From Eubacteriales bacterium (GTDB lineage Bacteria; Bacillota; Clostridia; Oscillospirales; SIG627), in contig JAZNRO010000124.1 in NCBI GenBank assembly GCA_045590715.1, positions 960-64,959 of the forward strand: DNA of 64,000 nucleotides. Direction: 5' to 3'. A model generated the notes under the pieces. It was not told the DNA's origin. It saw only the letters and a list, made by a program, of their open reading frames with translations, and did no database searches. Both the position numbers and the translations under genes were made by a program. Positions 35,129-44,038 of the stretch are shown here, piece by piece (the first letter of the stretch is position 1; every line of letters starts with the position of its first letter).

Positions 35129-35788
35129 ATGGAAGAGAGATATCTGGAAGTTTTATATTCCTGTCCCCTTTTTCGCGGGACTACTGCACTTGAGATGGCC
35201 TCGGCACTGAAGCGATGCGGAGCAGTAACGGTAAATTTTTCTGCCAAAGAAGAAATTTCCTGTATGGAAGAGGGGCTGGGGCGCCTGGGTATTCTTATTT
35301 CCGGTGAGATCAAGGTATGTTCCCCGGGAGAAAAAGAGACGGTGCTCAATCATCTTGGGCCCGGTGATATTTTCGGTGTTTCCGCCTTTTTCGGCAGCGG
35401 GGGCGCTGAAACCAGGATATTGACGCAAAAAGAATGTGTTATTTTATTTATTCGGGAAGACCGGGCAGAGCCGTTATGGGAAAACCGGGTAATGAGGAAA
35501 AATCTGATTTCCTTTCTGACCGACCGCATTTGTTTTTTGAGTCGGAAGATCGCCGCTTTTACCGAGGGCAGTGCCAAGAGCACCTTATGCCGACATCTTT
35601 TGCAAAAGGCCGACGAATGCGGGTGCTGTAAAATAGAAAATTCTTATTCGGCACTGGCGAAGGAGCTGAACCTGGGAAGAGCCAGTTTGTATCGGTCACT
35701 GGACGAGCTGACCTTAGAAGGTCTTATCAAAAAAGAAAAAAAAGAGATCCTGCTACTGAATAAGGATGCTCTTAATATGTATTTATAA
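35129..35788 (+). CDS. Crp/Fnr-family transcriptional regulator
   Basis: Start at MEERYLEVL (GGAGG upstream). cNMP-binding-like beta-barrel (PLFRG..., GDIFGV) and a C-terminal HTH (ALAKELNLGRASLYRSLDEL). Confidence 0.8.
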   Translation: MEERYLEVLYSCPLFRGTTALEMASALKRCGAVTVNFSAKEEISCMEEGLGRLGILISGEIKVCSPGEKETVLNHLGPGDIFGVSAFFGSGGAETRILTQKECVILFIREDRAEPLWENRVMRKNLISFLTDRICFLSRKIAAFTEGSAKSTLCRHLLQKADECGCCKIENSYSALAKELNLGRASLYRSLDELTLEGLIKKEKKEILLLNKDALNMYL

Positions 35789-35806
35789 AAAAGGACGGTA
35801 ATAAAA

Positions 35807-36823
35807 ATGAAAAAACTATTTGCTTTGCTTTTAGCCCTTTCCCTTCTTATTTCCCTTGCTTCCTGCGGGAAGGCAGAGAACAAAAATACCACCGGTGAAG
35901 TTACGGAAACGGTGGAAACGGCGGATGACGCTACCATTCGTCTTCTTGCTATGACCGGACCTACGGGTATGGGTCTTGCAAAACTCCTGCACGACAACAA
36001 AGAGGACGGGGAAAACGCCCGATACGAAGCACAGCTTGTTTCTTCTCCGGACCAGGTAGTAGGCCCTATTGCCAACGGAACTTGCGATATTGCGGCGGTG
36101 CCCATTAACCTTGCTTCTACTCTTTATCAGAGGACGGGCGGCGGTGTTACCATTCTTTGCGCCAACACCTTGGGCGTTCTTTACATGGTGCAGGACGGCA
36201 TTTGGATCACACATATGAAAGATCTTGTAGGCAAGACCATTTACGCACCCAATCCCGGCTCTACGCCGGAATACGTTCTGCGGTACGTACTGAAAGAAAA
36301 CGGAATCGATCCGGACAAGGACGTAACCTTAGAATTTCTCACCGGCGGCGATGAGGTAGCGGCAAAGCTTGCTTCTACGCCCGGTGCGGTTGGTATGCTC
36401 CCTGAACCCAAGCTTTCCGCTTTTTTGTCCCAGAATCCTTCATTCAACGTATGTTTTAATATGACCGAGGAATGGGACAAGGTAAGCGGCGAAGGAAACA
36501 CGCTCATCCAGGGCGTATTCGTGGCAAGAAAGGATTTCGTAAAGGAGCATCCTGCTTTAGTGGAGAAATTCCTTACTGATTACAAGGAAAGCCAGAAGGC
36601 GGTAAACGAAGATAAAGATAAGGGCGCAGAGTGGATCGTAGAAGCGGGAATCATCCCCAAAGCGCCTCTTGCCAAAAAGGCCATCCCCGGCTGTAACATC
36701 ACTTATCTTGACGGAAAAGAAATGAAAAATGGCGTTCAAAAGTGCTTGAAGGTCCTTTTCGACTATAATCCGAAGAGCGTAGGCGGCGCTTTACCCGCTG
36801 ATGATATTTACTATGAAAAATAA
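35807..36823 (+). CDS. ABC transporter substrate-binding lipoprotein (NMT1/THI5- or sulfonate/nitrate-type)
   Basis: Lipobox LASCG. Periplasmic-binding-fold features. Followed by a NitT/TauT-type permease and an ATPase. Confidence 0.72.
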   Translation: MKKLFALLLALSLLISLASCGKAENKNTTGEVTETVETADDATIRLLAMTGPTGMGLAKLLHDNKEDGENARYEAQLVSSPDQVVGPIANGTCDIAAVPINLASTLYQRTGGGVTILCANTLGVLYMVQDGIWITHMKDLVGKTIYAPNPGSTPEYVLRYVLKENGIDPDKDVTLEFLTGGDEVAAKLASTPGAVGMLPEPKLSAFLSQNPSFNVCFNMTEEWDKVSGEGNTLIQGVFVARKDFVKEHPALVEKFLTDYKESQKAVNEDKDKGAEWIVEAGIIPKAPLAKKAIPGCNITYLDGKEMKNGVQKCLKVLFDYNPKSVGGALPADDIYYEK

Positions 36824-37568
36824 GTTTTTCAAAAGAAGCGTCGGCACTCTTTTTGCCCTTCTTTTCTGGGTTCTTTTATGGCAGATCCTGGCCAAAAAAG
36901 CAAATCTGCACTTGATCCTTCCTACCCCGGGAGCGGTTTTCAAAAGACTTGCGGAGCTTGTTTCTACCCCGGTGTTTTACAAGCTTTTGGGCACCTCTTT
37001 TCTCCGGGTAATGTGGGGATTTTCCCTGGGGCTGATCCTAGGCTTTACCCTGGGATTTTGCGCCAGTATCCTCTCTCCCATCAAGGTTCTTTTAGAGCCG
37101 ATCATGAGTGTACTGCGGGCTACGCCCGTTGCATCCTTTATTCTGGTAGTCCTCTTCTGGACGGAAACGGGACGGGTGCCGGGTTTTATCAGTTTGATGA
37201 TGGTGCTGCCTATCGTATTTCAGAGCACTCTTACAGGATTTCAGCGCACAGATCCATCCTTTGAAGAGCTGAAAACTGCCTTTCGTATTCCCCCGATCCG
37301 CGGATTTTTTAAAATTGATCTGCCCCAGGTCCTTCCCTTCGTTTTCAGCGGCGCGAAGACCTCTTTAGGTCTTTCCTGGAAGGCGGGAATTGCGGCAGAG
37401 GTGCTGGCCCTTCCCAAGGTTTCCGTAGGCTATATGATCTATAACGCCAAGATGTATCTGGAAACGGTAGATCTTTACGCCTGGACGCTGGCAATTATCA
37501 TTTTCAGTATCGCACTGGAAAAGATGCTTTCTCTGATCTTCTCCGGCAGGAGGTGGGAAGATGCTTAA
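36801..37568 (+). CDS. ABC transporter permease (NitT/TauT family)
   Basis: Multi-TM protein with an EAA-like loop. The start may instead be ATG 36813 (MKNKFFKRS). Confidence 0.8.
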   Translation: MIFTMKNKFFKRSVGTLFALLFWVLLWQILAKKANLHLILPTPGAVFKRLAELVSTPVFYKLLGTSFLRVMWGFSLGLILGFTLGFCASILSPIKVLLEPIMSVLRATPVASFILVVLFWTETGRVPGFISLMMVLPIVFQSTLTGFQRTDPSFEELKTAFRIPPIRGFFKIDLPQVLPFVFSGAKTSLGLSWKAGIAAEVLALPKVSVGYMIYNAKMYLETVDLYAWTLAIIIFSIALEKMLSLIFSGRRWEDA

Positions 37569-38115
37569 AATACAAAACTTAAATAAGGCTTTTGAAAAGC
37601 CGATCCTTAATGATTTTTCCTACGATTTTGCCTCTCCCGGGCTCTACGTTCTAAGGGGAGCATCGGGTAGCGGAAAGTCCACGCTTCTTCGGATCATCGG
37701 TGGTCTTTTAAAGCCTGATAACGGCCAGATCCTATGGGAGAAAGAGCCTATAATCTCCTATGTTTTCCAAGATGCAAGACTTCTCCCGGAACTGAATTTA
37801 CTTGACAATATTCTTCTGGTAAAAAAGGAAAAGGATAAGAAAAAAGCCCTTTCGATCCTTCACAAACTAGGGCTTTCGGGGGACGAGAAAAAGCATCCCT
37901 CTGCCCTATCCGGCGGTATGAAACTGCGGGGTGCACTGGCAAGAAGTCTTTATTACGGCGGCGACGTTTACCTTTGGGACGAGCCTACCAAGGAACTGGA
38001 CGGTGAAAACCGCAAGATCGTCATTGATATCATAAAAGAACTTGCAAAAGAACATCTTGTGATCGTTTCTACCCACGATGAGGACATTCCATACGACAAG
38101 GAAATAAAGCTATAA
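37561..38115 (+). CDS. ABC transporter ATP-binding protein (minimal, 184 aa)
   Basis: Walker A GASGSGKST, signature LSGGMKLR, Walker B VYLWDEPT, H-loop STHD. AGGAGG RBS. Confidence 0.85.
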   Translation: MLKIQNLNKAFEKPILNDFSYDFASPGLYVLRGASGSGKSTLLRIIGGLLKPDNGQILWEKEPIISYVFQDARLLPELNLLDNILLVKKEKDKKKALSILHKLGLSGDEKKHPSALSGGMKLRGALARSLYYGGDVYLWDEPTKELDGENRKIVIDIIKELAKEHLVIVSTHDEDIPYDKEIKL

Positions 38116-38142
38116 AAAAGCACCCAAACGGGTGCTTTTTTT
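38114..38142. terminator. Bidirectional intrinsic terminator
   Basis: AGCACCC-AAAC-GGGTGCT flanked by A- and T-runs. Confidence 0.7.
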
Positions 38143-39649
38143 ATTTTCTAAACAGTTTCTTTATGGCTTTTTTAATGAGATATCGATAAGAAAGATTGAA
38201 CTGTTCCCGAACGATAACAAGGGTGATGGCCACGGCGGAAATGATAAAGATCACAAGGACCAAAGCCCAGGGAAATCCGGGGCCCTCGTCTTCGTGGGTG
38301 GTTCCGGGAGCGAGCGAAATATCGGACTCCAGGACGAAAATAGCGGTGATCTTCACGTCTTTGCCGGGAACGAGGATATCTGTTTTTGCCTTTTGGGGAT
38401 CTACAACGACACCGGGCTCGGAGCACTGCCAATAGGAAAATTCGTACCCTTCAAAGGCGGCAGCAGAGGCACTGATCTTCTGCCCCATTTCATACTTGCC
38501 TTCTTCCCCTTCTACTTTGCCGCCGGCAGAAGCAGTCAGAGTCAATTGATATTTGCCTTTGACGAAGACGGCTTTTACGGTACAGTCTTCATCGGGCATG
38601 GTAAAATCGGTATTGGCTTCTTTTTCATTTTCAAATTTGCCTTTTTCACTGGAGCATTCCCAATGAGAAAAGACGTAGCCTTCATCGGCTTTGGCGGAGA
38701 TCTCAAAAATACTTTCTACGCCCACTACCCGATCGCCTTTGGGGGTGGTAATACCGCCGGTGGTAGATTCCATGGTCAAAACACGGACTGCGGAAGAAAA
38801 GTTTGCGGTAACGGTAAAGTCAGAAGCGGGACAGGTGAGGGTGGTATCGGTCTTATCAAAATCTGATAAAATCGCACCGCCGATACCGGACCAATAAACG
38901 AAAACGTAATCCGGGGCGGCCACGGCGGAAAGAAGGATCTCTTCGCCGTATTTACACTCGTATTTACCGGCGGGATTTTTCTCCTTACCGCTGACTTCCA
39001 CTTCCCCTTCGCCCTTTACCTCCAGGGTAAAGTAATAGGTAATAAAGTCAAATTCAATGGAGAGTTCCACGTCTCTTTCCGGCATAATAAATTCAATGGC
39101 ACTGCTTTCCTGCCAATTACCGGAAAGGCCTACGTTTTTCAGGGCTTTGTTATTATCCACCCAGCGGACGAAACGGAAACCGTCGTGGGCGGTGGCATCA
39201 ATTTTTACCTTTTCGCCGGGGGCAAAATCCTTATGGCCGAAGTTGCCCATTCCGTATTCGTTTGATTCAATACGAACGGTATATTTTGCCTTGTATTCCC
39301 GGAACATTGCCCGGACAGTAAAGTCCTCGCCGGGATTTAAGAACTGAATCTCATTTTTATACTGATCGGTTTCGGAGACACCGTAGCCTTGGGGAATATC
39401 CCAATAGTCAAAAGCAAAATTCGTATTGGCGGTGGCGATCAGCTTCACCGTAGCATCTGCGGGAATGAAATACTTTCCGTCAAGACCTACCTGCGCGGGG
39501 GCATCGTTAATGAAGACCTGAACCGAGCCGGCATTGGAGTAGTTTTGCGCCAGGGTCATATTACACTGGGGCGCGGCAAAAACGGAAAGGGAAAGAAAGG
39601 CGCACAAAACAAGGGCGCATAAGCTTAAAATAAAAAGGGCGCGTTTCAA
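38141..39649 (-). CDS. Surface protein with InlB-B/Listeria-Bacteroides-type repeats and a C-terminal TM anchor
   Basis: Signal peptide. Five modules each containing an aromatic-x-W motif (FDYW, FVRW, FVYW, FSHW, FSYW). C-terminal helix PWALVLVIFIISAVAITLVIV. A second TTG (39649) has better RBS spacing than 39655. Confidence 0.7.
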   Translation of the reverse strand: MKRALFILSLCALVLCAFLSLSVFAAPQCNMTLAQNYSNAGSVQVFINDAPAQVGLDGKYFIPADATVKLIATANTNFAFDYWDIPQGYGVSETDQYKNEIQFLNPGEDFTVRAMFREYKAKYTVRIESNEYGMGNFGHKDFAPGEKVKIDATAHDGFRFVRWVDNNKALKNVGLSGNWQESSAIEFIMPERDVELSIEFDFITYYFTLEVKGEGEVEVSGKEKNPAGKYECKYGEEILLSAVAAPDYVFVYWSGIGGAILSDFDKTDTTLTCPASDFTVTANFSSAVRVLTMESTTGGITTPKGDRVVGVESIFEISAKADEGYVFSHWECSSEKGKFENEKEANTDFTMPDEDCTVKAVFVKGKYQLTLTASAGGKVEGEEGKYEMGQKISASAAAFEGYEFSYWQCSEPGVVVDPQKAKTDILVPGKDVKITAIFVLESDISLAPGTTHEDEGPGFPWALVLVIFIISAVAITLVIVREQFNLSYRYLIKKAIKKLFRK

Positions 39650-39723
39650 AAGCAAAACCTCCTTTCAAAAAGTATAAAGCCGTGCTTTTTCCCACAAAAT
39701 AAAGGGAAAAGGCAGGTGTAAAA

Positions 39724-41136
39724 ATGGCAAATTCCATTCAAGTTCAAATTGAAAAGGCACTCAATATAGACTTTGTTTTCGATATCAAGCGTCGACCGGT
39801 ACTTCTCTGGGGGAAAGAGGGCGTACTTACTTATATTATCGGATACACCGATTCCTACCTGACCGAGCGGATCCTGGCAAGGCTCATGGAGATCCCGGAA
39901 GAGGTGGGAAAAGACATTCGTGATATGGATGAACTTTATCAAAAATGCGTTCCCTTCGGATCCTGCGAAGTCACCAAAGACCCTGCTTTTGCGGCAGAAG
40001 AGATCCTGCGGGGCAGTGCCAGTCTGACCCTATCCGGAATGGATGATATTTTGCTGCTGGATCTTCGCTTTTTCCCGGTCCGAGGAATTGAGGAGCCGGA
40101 AAAAGACCGAACTTTACGAGGCCCTCATATCGGCACAAACGAAAGCCTTTTATCAAATCTTGTCCAGATCCGAAGACTCATTCGTTCTCCCGGACTGAAA
40201 ACAGAGCGTTTTGTTTTGGGGAAGGAAATTAAAAACGAAGTGGCACTTCTATCCCTAGAAGGAAAAGCAGATGAAAAGTTAGTGGAAAAAGTGCGGGAAA
40301 AGCTGGAAAACTGCAGGGTCAAAAACCTTTCAATGACCCAGGAATCCTTATCCGGTATATTATTTCCGCGAAAGGGCCTTGGGATTCTGAATCCCTTTCC
40401 CAGGGCACGATTTACGGAACGGCCGGACGTGATCGCCGCTTCTTTAATGGAAGGCAAGATCGCAATTATCTGCGACAATACTCCTTCGGTATTGCTACTA
40501 CCCCAGAGCCTATTTGACTTTTTTGAAGAAACGGACGACTACTACTACCCACCGCTGACGGCAAGTTATCTTCGCATCGTACGGGCGCTGGTATTTATCG
40601 GATCTATTCTCATTATCCCGCTTTGGCTGTATCTTGTAAAGCTGGAAAACGTTTTGCCCACGAATCTGGAATTTCTAAAAGCAAAAGATCCTTTTACAGT
40701 GCCGCTTTTTCTTCAGTTTCTCATTATCGAATTTGCCATTGACGGATTGAAAATGGCGTCGCTGAATACCCCCACTACCCTATCCGGTTCCTTTTCGGTG
40801 ATCGGAGGTCTTTTGCTGGGAGAATTTGCCGTAAAAAGCGGTTGGTTTGTTCCGCAGACCATTTTATACTCAGCCTTTACCGGCATCGCAAATTTTATCC
40901 CCACCAGTATCGAACTGGCATATAGCTTTAAATTTATGCGAATTTCCCTTATTCTTTTGGTAGAATTTTTCGGGCTTTGGGGTCTGGTCTCCGGGATCCT
41001 TTTCTGGATCCTTATTCTTTCCTTTACCAAAGGAAACCTTGGAAAAAGTTATCTCTATCCTTTTATCCCCTTTGACAGAAGAGGAATCCAAAAGATCCTA
41101 TTTCGCACCCGATGGGGACGGGAAAGAGAAAAATAG
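39724..41136 (+). CDS. GerA-family spore germination protein (A-subunit / SpoVAF-like)
   Basis: 470 aa. ERPDVIAASLMEGKIAIICDNTPSVLLLP and a C-terminal multi-TM region, typical of GerAA-type proteins. Confidence 0.85.
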   Translation: MANSIQVQIEKALNIDFVFDIKRRPVLLWGKEGVLTYIIGYTDSYLTERILARLMEIPEEVGKDIRDMDELYQKCVPFGSCEVTKDPAFAAEEILRGSASLTLSGMDDILLLDLRFFPVRGIEEPEKDRTLRGPHIGTNESLLSNLVQIRRLIRSPGLKTERFVLGKEIKNEVALLSLEGKADEKLVEKVREKLENCRVKNLSMTQESLSGILFPRKGLGILNPFPRARFTERPDVIAASLMEGKIAIICDNTPSVLLLPQSLFDFFEETDDYYYPPLTASYLRIVRALVFIGSILIIPLWLYLVKLENVLPTNLEFLKAKDPFTVPLFLQFLIIEFAIDGLKMASLNTPTTLSGSFSVIGGLLLGEFAVKSGWFVPQTILYSAFTGIANFIPTSIELAYSFKFMRISLILLVEFFGLWGLVSGILFWILILSFTKGNLGKSYLYPFIPFDRRGIQKILFRTRWGREREK

Positions 41137-41139
41137 AGA

Positions 41140-41183
41140 AAAATTTTGCCGAAAACCTACGCTTTCGGCAAAATTCTTTTTTA
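41140..41183. terminator. Bidirectional intrinsic terminator
   Basis: TTTTGCCGAAA / TTTCGGCAAAA stem followed by a T-run, between convergent genes. Confidence 0.65.
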
Positions 41184-41199
41184 TGTATTCAGTGTTTAT

Positions 41200-43227
41200 T
41201 TACTCTGCGTCAGCAGTTTCTTCGGCAGGAGCTTCCTCGGAAACCAGATACTGGCTGTTTTCAGCTACGATCTGTTCTTCCTCGGTCATTTCTTCCTCTT
41301 CCAGAAGGCTTCTCATAGAAAGGCTAACTCTGTTGGTATCGTAGTTGATATCAACGATCTCAACCTGAACCTCATCGCCTACTTTCAATACGTCAGCAGG
41401 GTTTGCGATCTTCTTATTTGCGATCTGGGAAATGTGGATCAGACCGTCGATACCGGGGATCAGTTCAGCGAAAGCACCGAAGGTGGTAAGGCTTACGATC
41501 TTAACGGTAGCAACGTCGCCTGCCTGGTACTTATCCTTCAGGATGTTCCAGGGGTTGGTATCCTCGGTCTTGTAGCCAAGGCTGATCTTGCGGGTTTCGG
41601 GGTTGATCTCTTTTACAAATACGGTGATCTCATCGCCAACGCTTACCACTTCGGAAGGATTCTTGATCTTCTTCCAGGAGAGCTCGGTGATGTGAACCAT
41701 ACCGTCTACGCCGCCCAGGTCAACGAAAGCGCCGTAAGAGGTGAGAGATTTTACTTTACCGGTATAAACTTTATCAACTGCAACTTCTGCCCAGAAAGCT
41801 TCTTCCAGGGCCTTTCTCTCTTCGCGGAGAACTTCGCGGATGGAAGCAACGGCTCTCTTTCTTGCAGGGTCGGTTTCAATGATCTTGAATGCAACTTCCT
41901 GACCCAACATGGTGTCAAGATTGGTTCCCTTGGGAGAACCGGTGAGGGATGCGGGTACAAAGTAGTTCTGGGTTTCATCGGAAACCAGGATGCCGCCGCG
42001 GATCACGCTGGTAACCTTACCGGAAAGGGTAGCACCTGCTTCGTAAGCTTCCTGGATCTTGCTCCAGCCGGCTCTTGCGTCTACTCTCTTCTTGGATACC
42101 TGAACGGTTCCTTCAGCATCGTTAAATTTCTGAACCAGAACAGTGATCTCATCGCCTACGTGGAAGTTTGCAGCAAGATCGGACTCGCCGTCTACTACTT
42201 CCGCAGAGGAAAGGATACCGGTGTGCTTAATTCCAAGGTCAACGTGTACTTCATTGGTGAACACGCTGGTTACGATACCTGTTACTTCTTCTCCTGTTCT
42301 GATGGTTTTGAATGATTGGTTGAGCATTTCTTCAAAGCTCATTTCGTCGTTTCTGATTTCCGACATGGTTTGTATTACCTCCTTGATCACACTGTCCGGA
42401 GTGGAAGCTCCCGCCGACACACCGACAGTCATATCTTTCTTAATTTTTTCCACAGGAATCTCCTGTGCATTTCTGATGTGAACGGTATCGCAAATCGTTT
42501 CGCTAACCGAGACCAGCTTTTTGGTATTGCTGCTATTTTTTCCTCCTACGATGACCACAAGATCGCTTTGCTTTGCGATGGATAAAATATCCTTCTGCCG
42601 ATCGCCGGTAACACTGCAAATGGTATCGTAAAAGCTTATTTTCTCAAATTTATCTTTGGCAAAAGAGAGGCACTCTTCCCACTGGGCCACGCTATGGGTG
42701 GTTTGGGAAAGGAAAATGTGCTCTGCCTCTTTCGGCGCAGTTTTTTCGTATTCAATAAGTTCCCCGGCATTTTGTACTACTACAACGGGAAATCTTTTCG
42801 CAAGGCTTCCGATTCCCAATACCTCGGGATGGTCCGGATCGCCCAGGAGAACGAAAACGATATTTTTCCCAAGGGAAATCGCCTTCTTTTCTTCTTCCAG
42901 AACAATATGGTGGATCTTCTTGACGAAAGGACAGGTGGCATCCACGTAAGGAATTCCCTTCTCCTCCAGCTTTTCGACCACCCATTGAGGAACGCCGTGG
43001 GTACGGACGAAGACCAGAGAATCCGCGGGAGAAATGCTGTCAAGATCCTCTACGGAAATATTGGAAACGCCCCTTTTTTCAAGGGATTCGTTAAAATCCT
43101 CGTTATGGATAATATGACCCAGGGTAAAGATCTTCTTTTCACCCTTTAAGATCTCTTCTTCCAAGAGAGAAACAGCCCTTTTTACACCGAAGCAGAAACC
43201 GGCGTGTTTCGAAAGAATAATTTTCAT
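41200..43227 (-). CDS. ispH: Bifunctional IspH (HMBPP reductase) / ribosomal protein S1 fusion
   Basis: N-terminal LytB/IspH (GFCFGVKRAV...) followed by four S1 domains. This fusion is known from Clostridia. Confidence 0.92.
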   Translation of the reverse strand: MKIILSKHAGFCFGVKRAVSLLEEEILKGEKKIFTLGHIIHNEDFNESLEKRGVSNISVEDLDSISPADSLVFVRTHGVPQWVVEKLEEKGIPYVDATCPFVKKIHHIVLEEEKKAISLGKNIVFVLLGDPDHPEVLGIGSLAKRFPVVVVQNAGELIEYEKTAPKEAEHIFLSQTTHSVAQWEECLSFAKDKFEKISFYDTICSVTGDRQKDILSIAKQSDLVVIVGGKNSSNTKKLVSVSETICDTVHIRNAQEIPVEKIKKDMTVGVSAGASTPDSVIKEVIQTMSEIRNDEMSFEEMLNQSFKTIRTGEEVTGIVTSVFTNEVHVDLGIKHTGILSSAEVVDGESDLAANFHVGDEITVLVQKFNDAEGTVQVSKKRVDARAGWSKIQEAYEAGATLSGKVTSVIRGGILVSDETQNYFVPASLTGSPKGTNLDTMLGQEVAFKIIETDPARKRAVASIREVLREERKALEEAFWAEVAVDKVYTGKVKSLTSYGAFVDLGGVDGMVHITELSWKKIKNPSEVVSVGDEITVFVKEINPETRKISLGYKTEDTNPWNILKDKYQAGDVATVKIVSLTTFGAFAELIPGIDGLIHISQIANKKIANPADVLKVGDEVQVEIVDINYDTNRVSLSMRSLLEEEEMTEEEQIVAENSQYLVSEEAPAEETADAE

Positions 43228-43838
43228 TTTTTCACAAAGCTTCTGGCCCGAGCTTCCAGATCGTAGATTCTTTCAAAAAGACGCTCTGTTACAAACATAG
43301 CCTGATCCTTTTTGCCCATATCTTCGGGGAAGGAGAACTCCTCAACCTCGCCGAAAACGATATAGGTTTTACGAAAAGGACGGACTTTGAAATTTTTCGC
43401 ATAGATTCCTACGGGAAGGATCTTGGCTCCGGAAAGCGTTGCCATCATACCGGCACCGCCTTTGAAATCCTCTTTCTTTAAGGGGTAGCGGAGTCTGGTA
43501 CCCTGGGGAAACACGGAAAAGACTTTTCCGGCCTTCAGTTCTCTGACAGCCAGGCGAAGTTTCGCCGCGTCACCGCCGTTACGGGAAAGCGGGATCACGT
43601 CACAGCCCTTCACAAGAGGTCCGATAATAGGACGGGAAAACAGCTCTTCTTTTGCCATAAAGGTAAGCGGTCTGGGAAGGGTAATGGCAAGGAACAGGGG
43701 ATCAAAAAAAGAAATATGATTGGGACAAACGATCAGGCCCTCCTCCGGCAAGGTTTCCGGAAGATTTACTGTGCGAATGGGAAAAACAAAACGGATCAGC
43801 GGCCCCAAAGTCCGCACCAAACGGTCGTATAAGGTCAT
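43224..43838 (-). CDS. plsC: 1-acyl-sn-glycerol-3-phosphate acyltransferase
   Basis: Acyltransferase motif PNHISFFD and FPQGTR. ATG at 43838 preferred (GAGGGGG upstream) over the TTG at 43862. Confidence 0.85.
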   Translation of the reverse strand: MTLYDRLVRTLGPLIRFVFPIRTVNLPETLPEEGLIVCPNHISFFDPLFLAITLPRPLTFMAKEELFSRPIIGPLVKGCDVIPLSRNGGDAAKLRLAVRELKAGKVFSVFPQGTRLRYPLKKEDFKGGAGMMATLSGAKILPVGIYAKNFKVRPFRKTYIVFGEVEEFSFPEDMGKKDQAMFVTERLFERIYDLEARARSFVKK

Positions 43839-44038
43839 ATGGTCCCCCTCAAAATATATCAATAATAATGATACAGTAAAAAGTGGAAAAAGTCAAGGAA
43901 TTCTCAAAACTTTTTCGTTCAATATCCATCATTTTTTTGCCTTTTTTTATCATTTTTTCGTTTGTTTGAAAATTCAGAGAAAAAGAAAAAAGAGAGAAGT
44001 TTGTTCTTCTCTCTCTTTTTCTGAATAATTCTTTTTTC

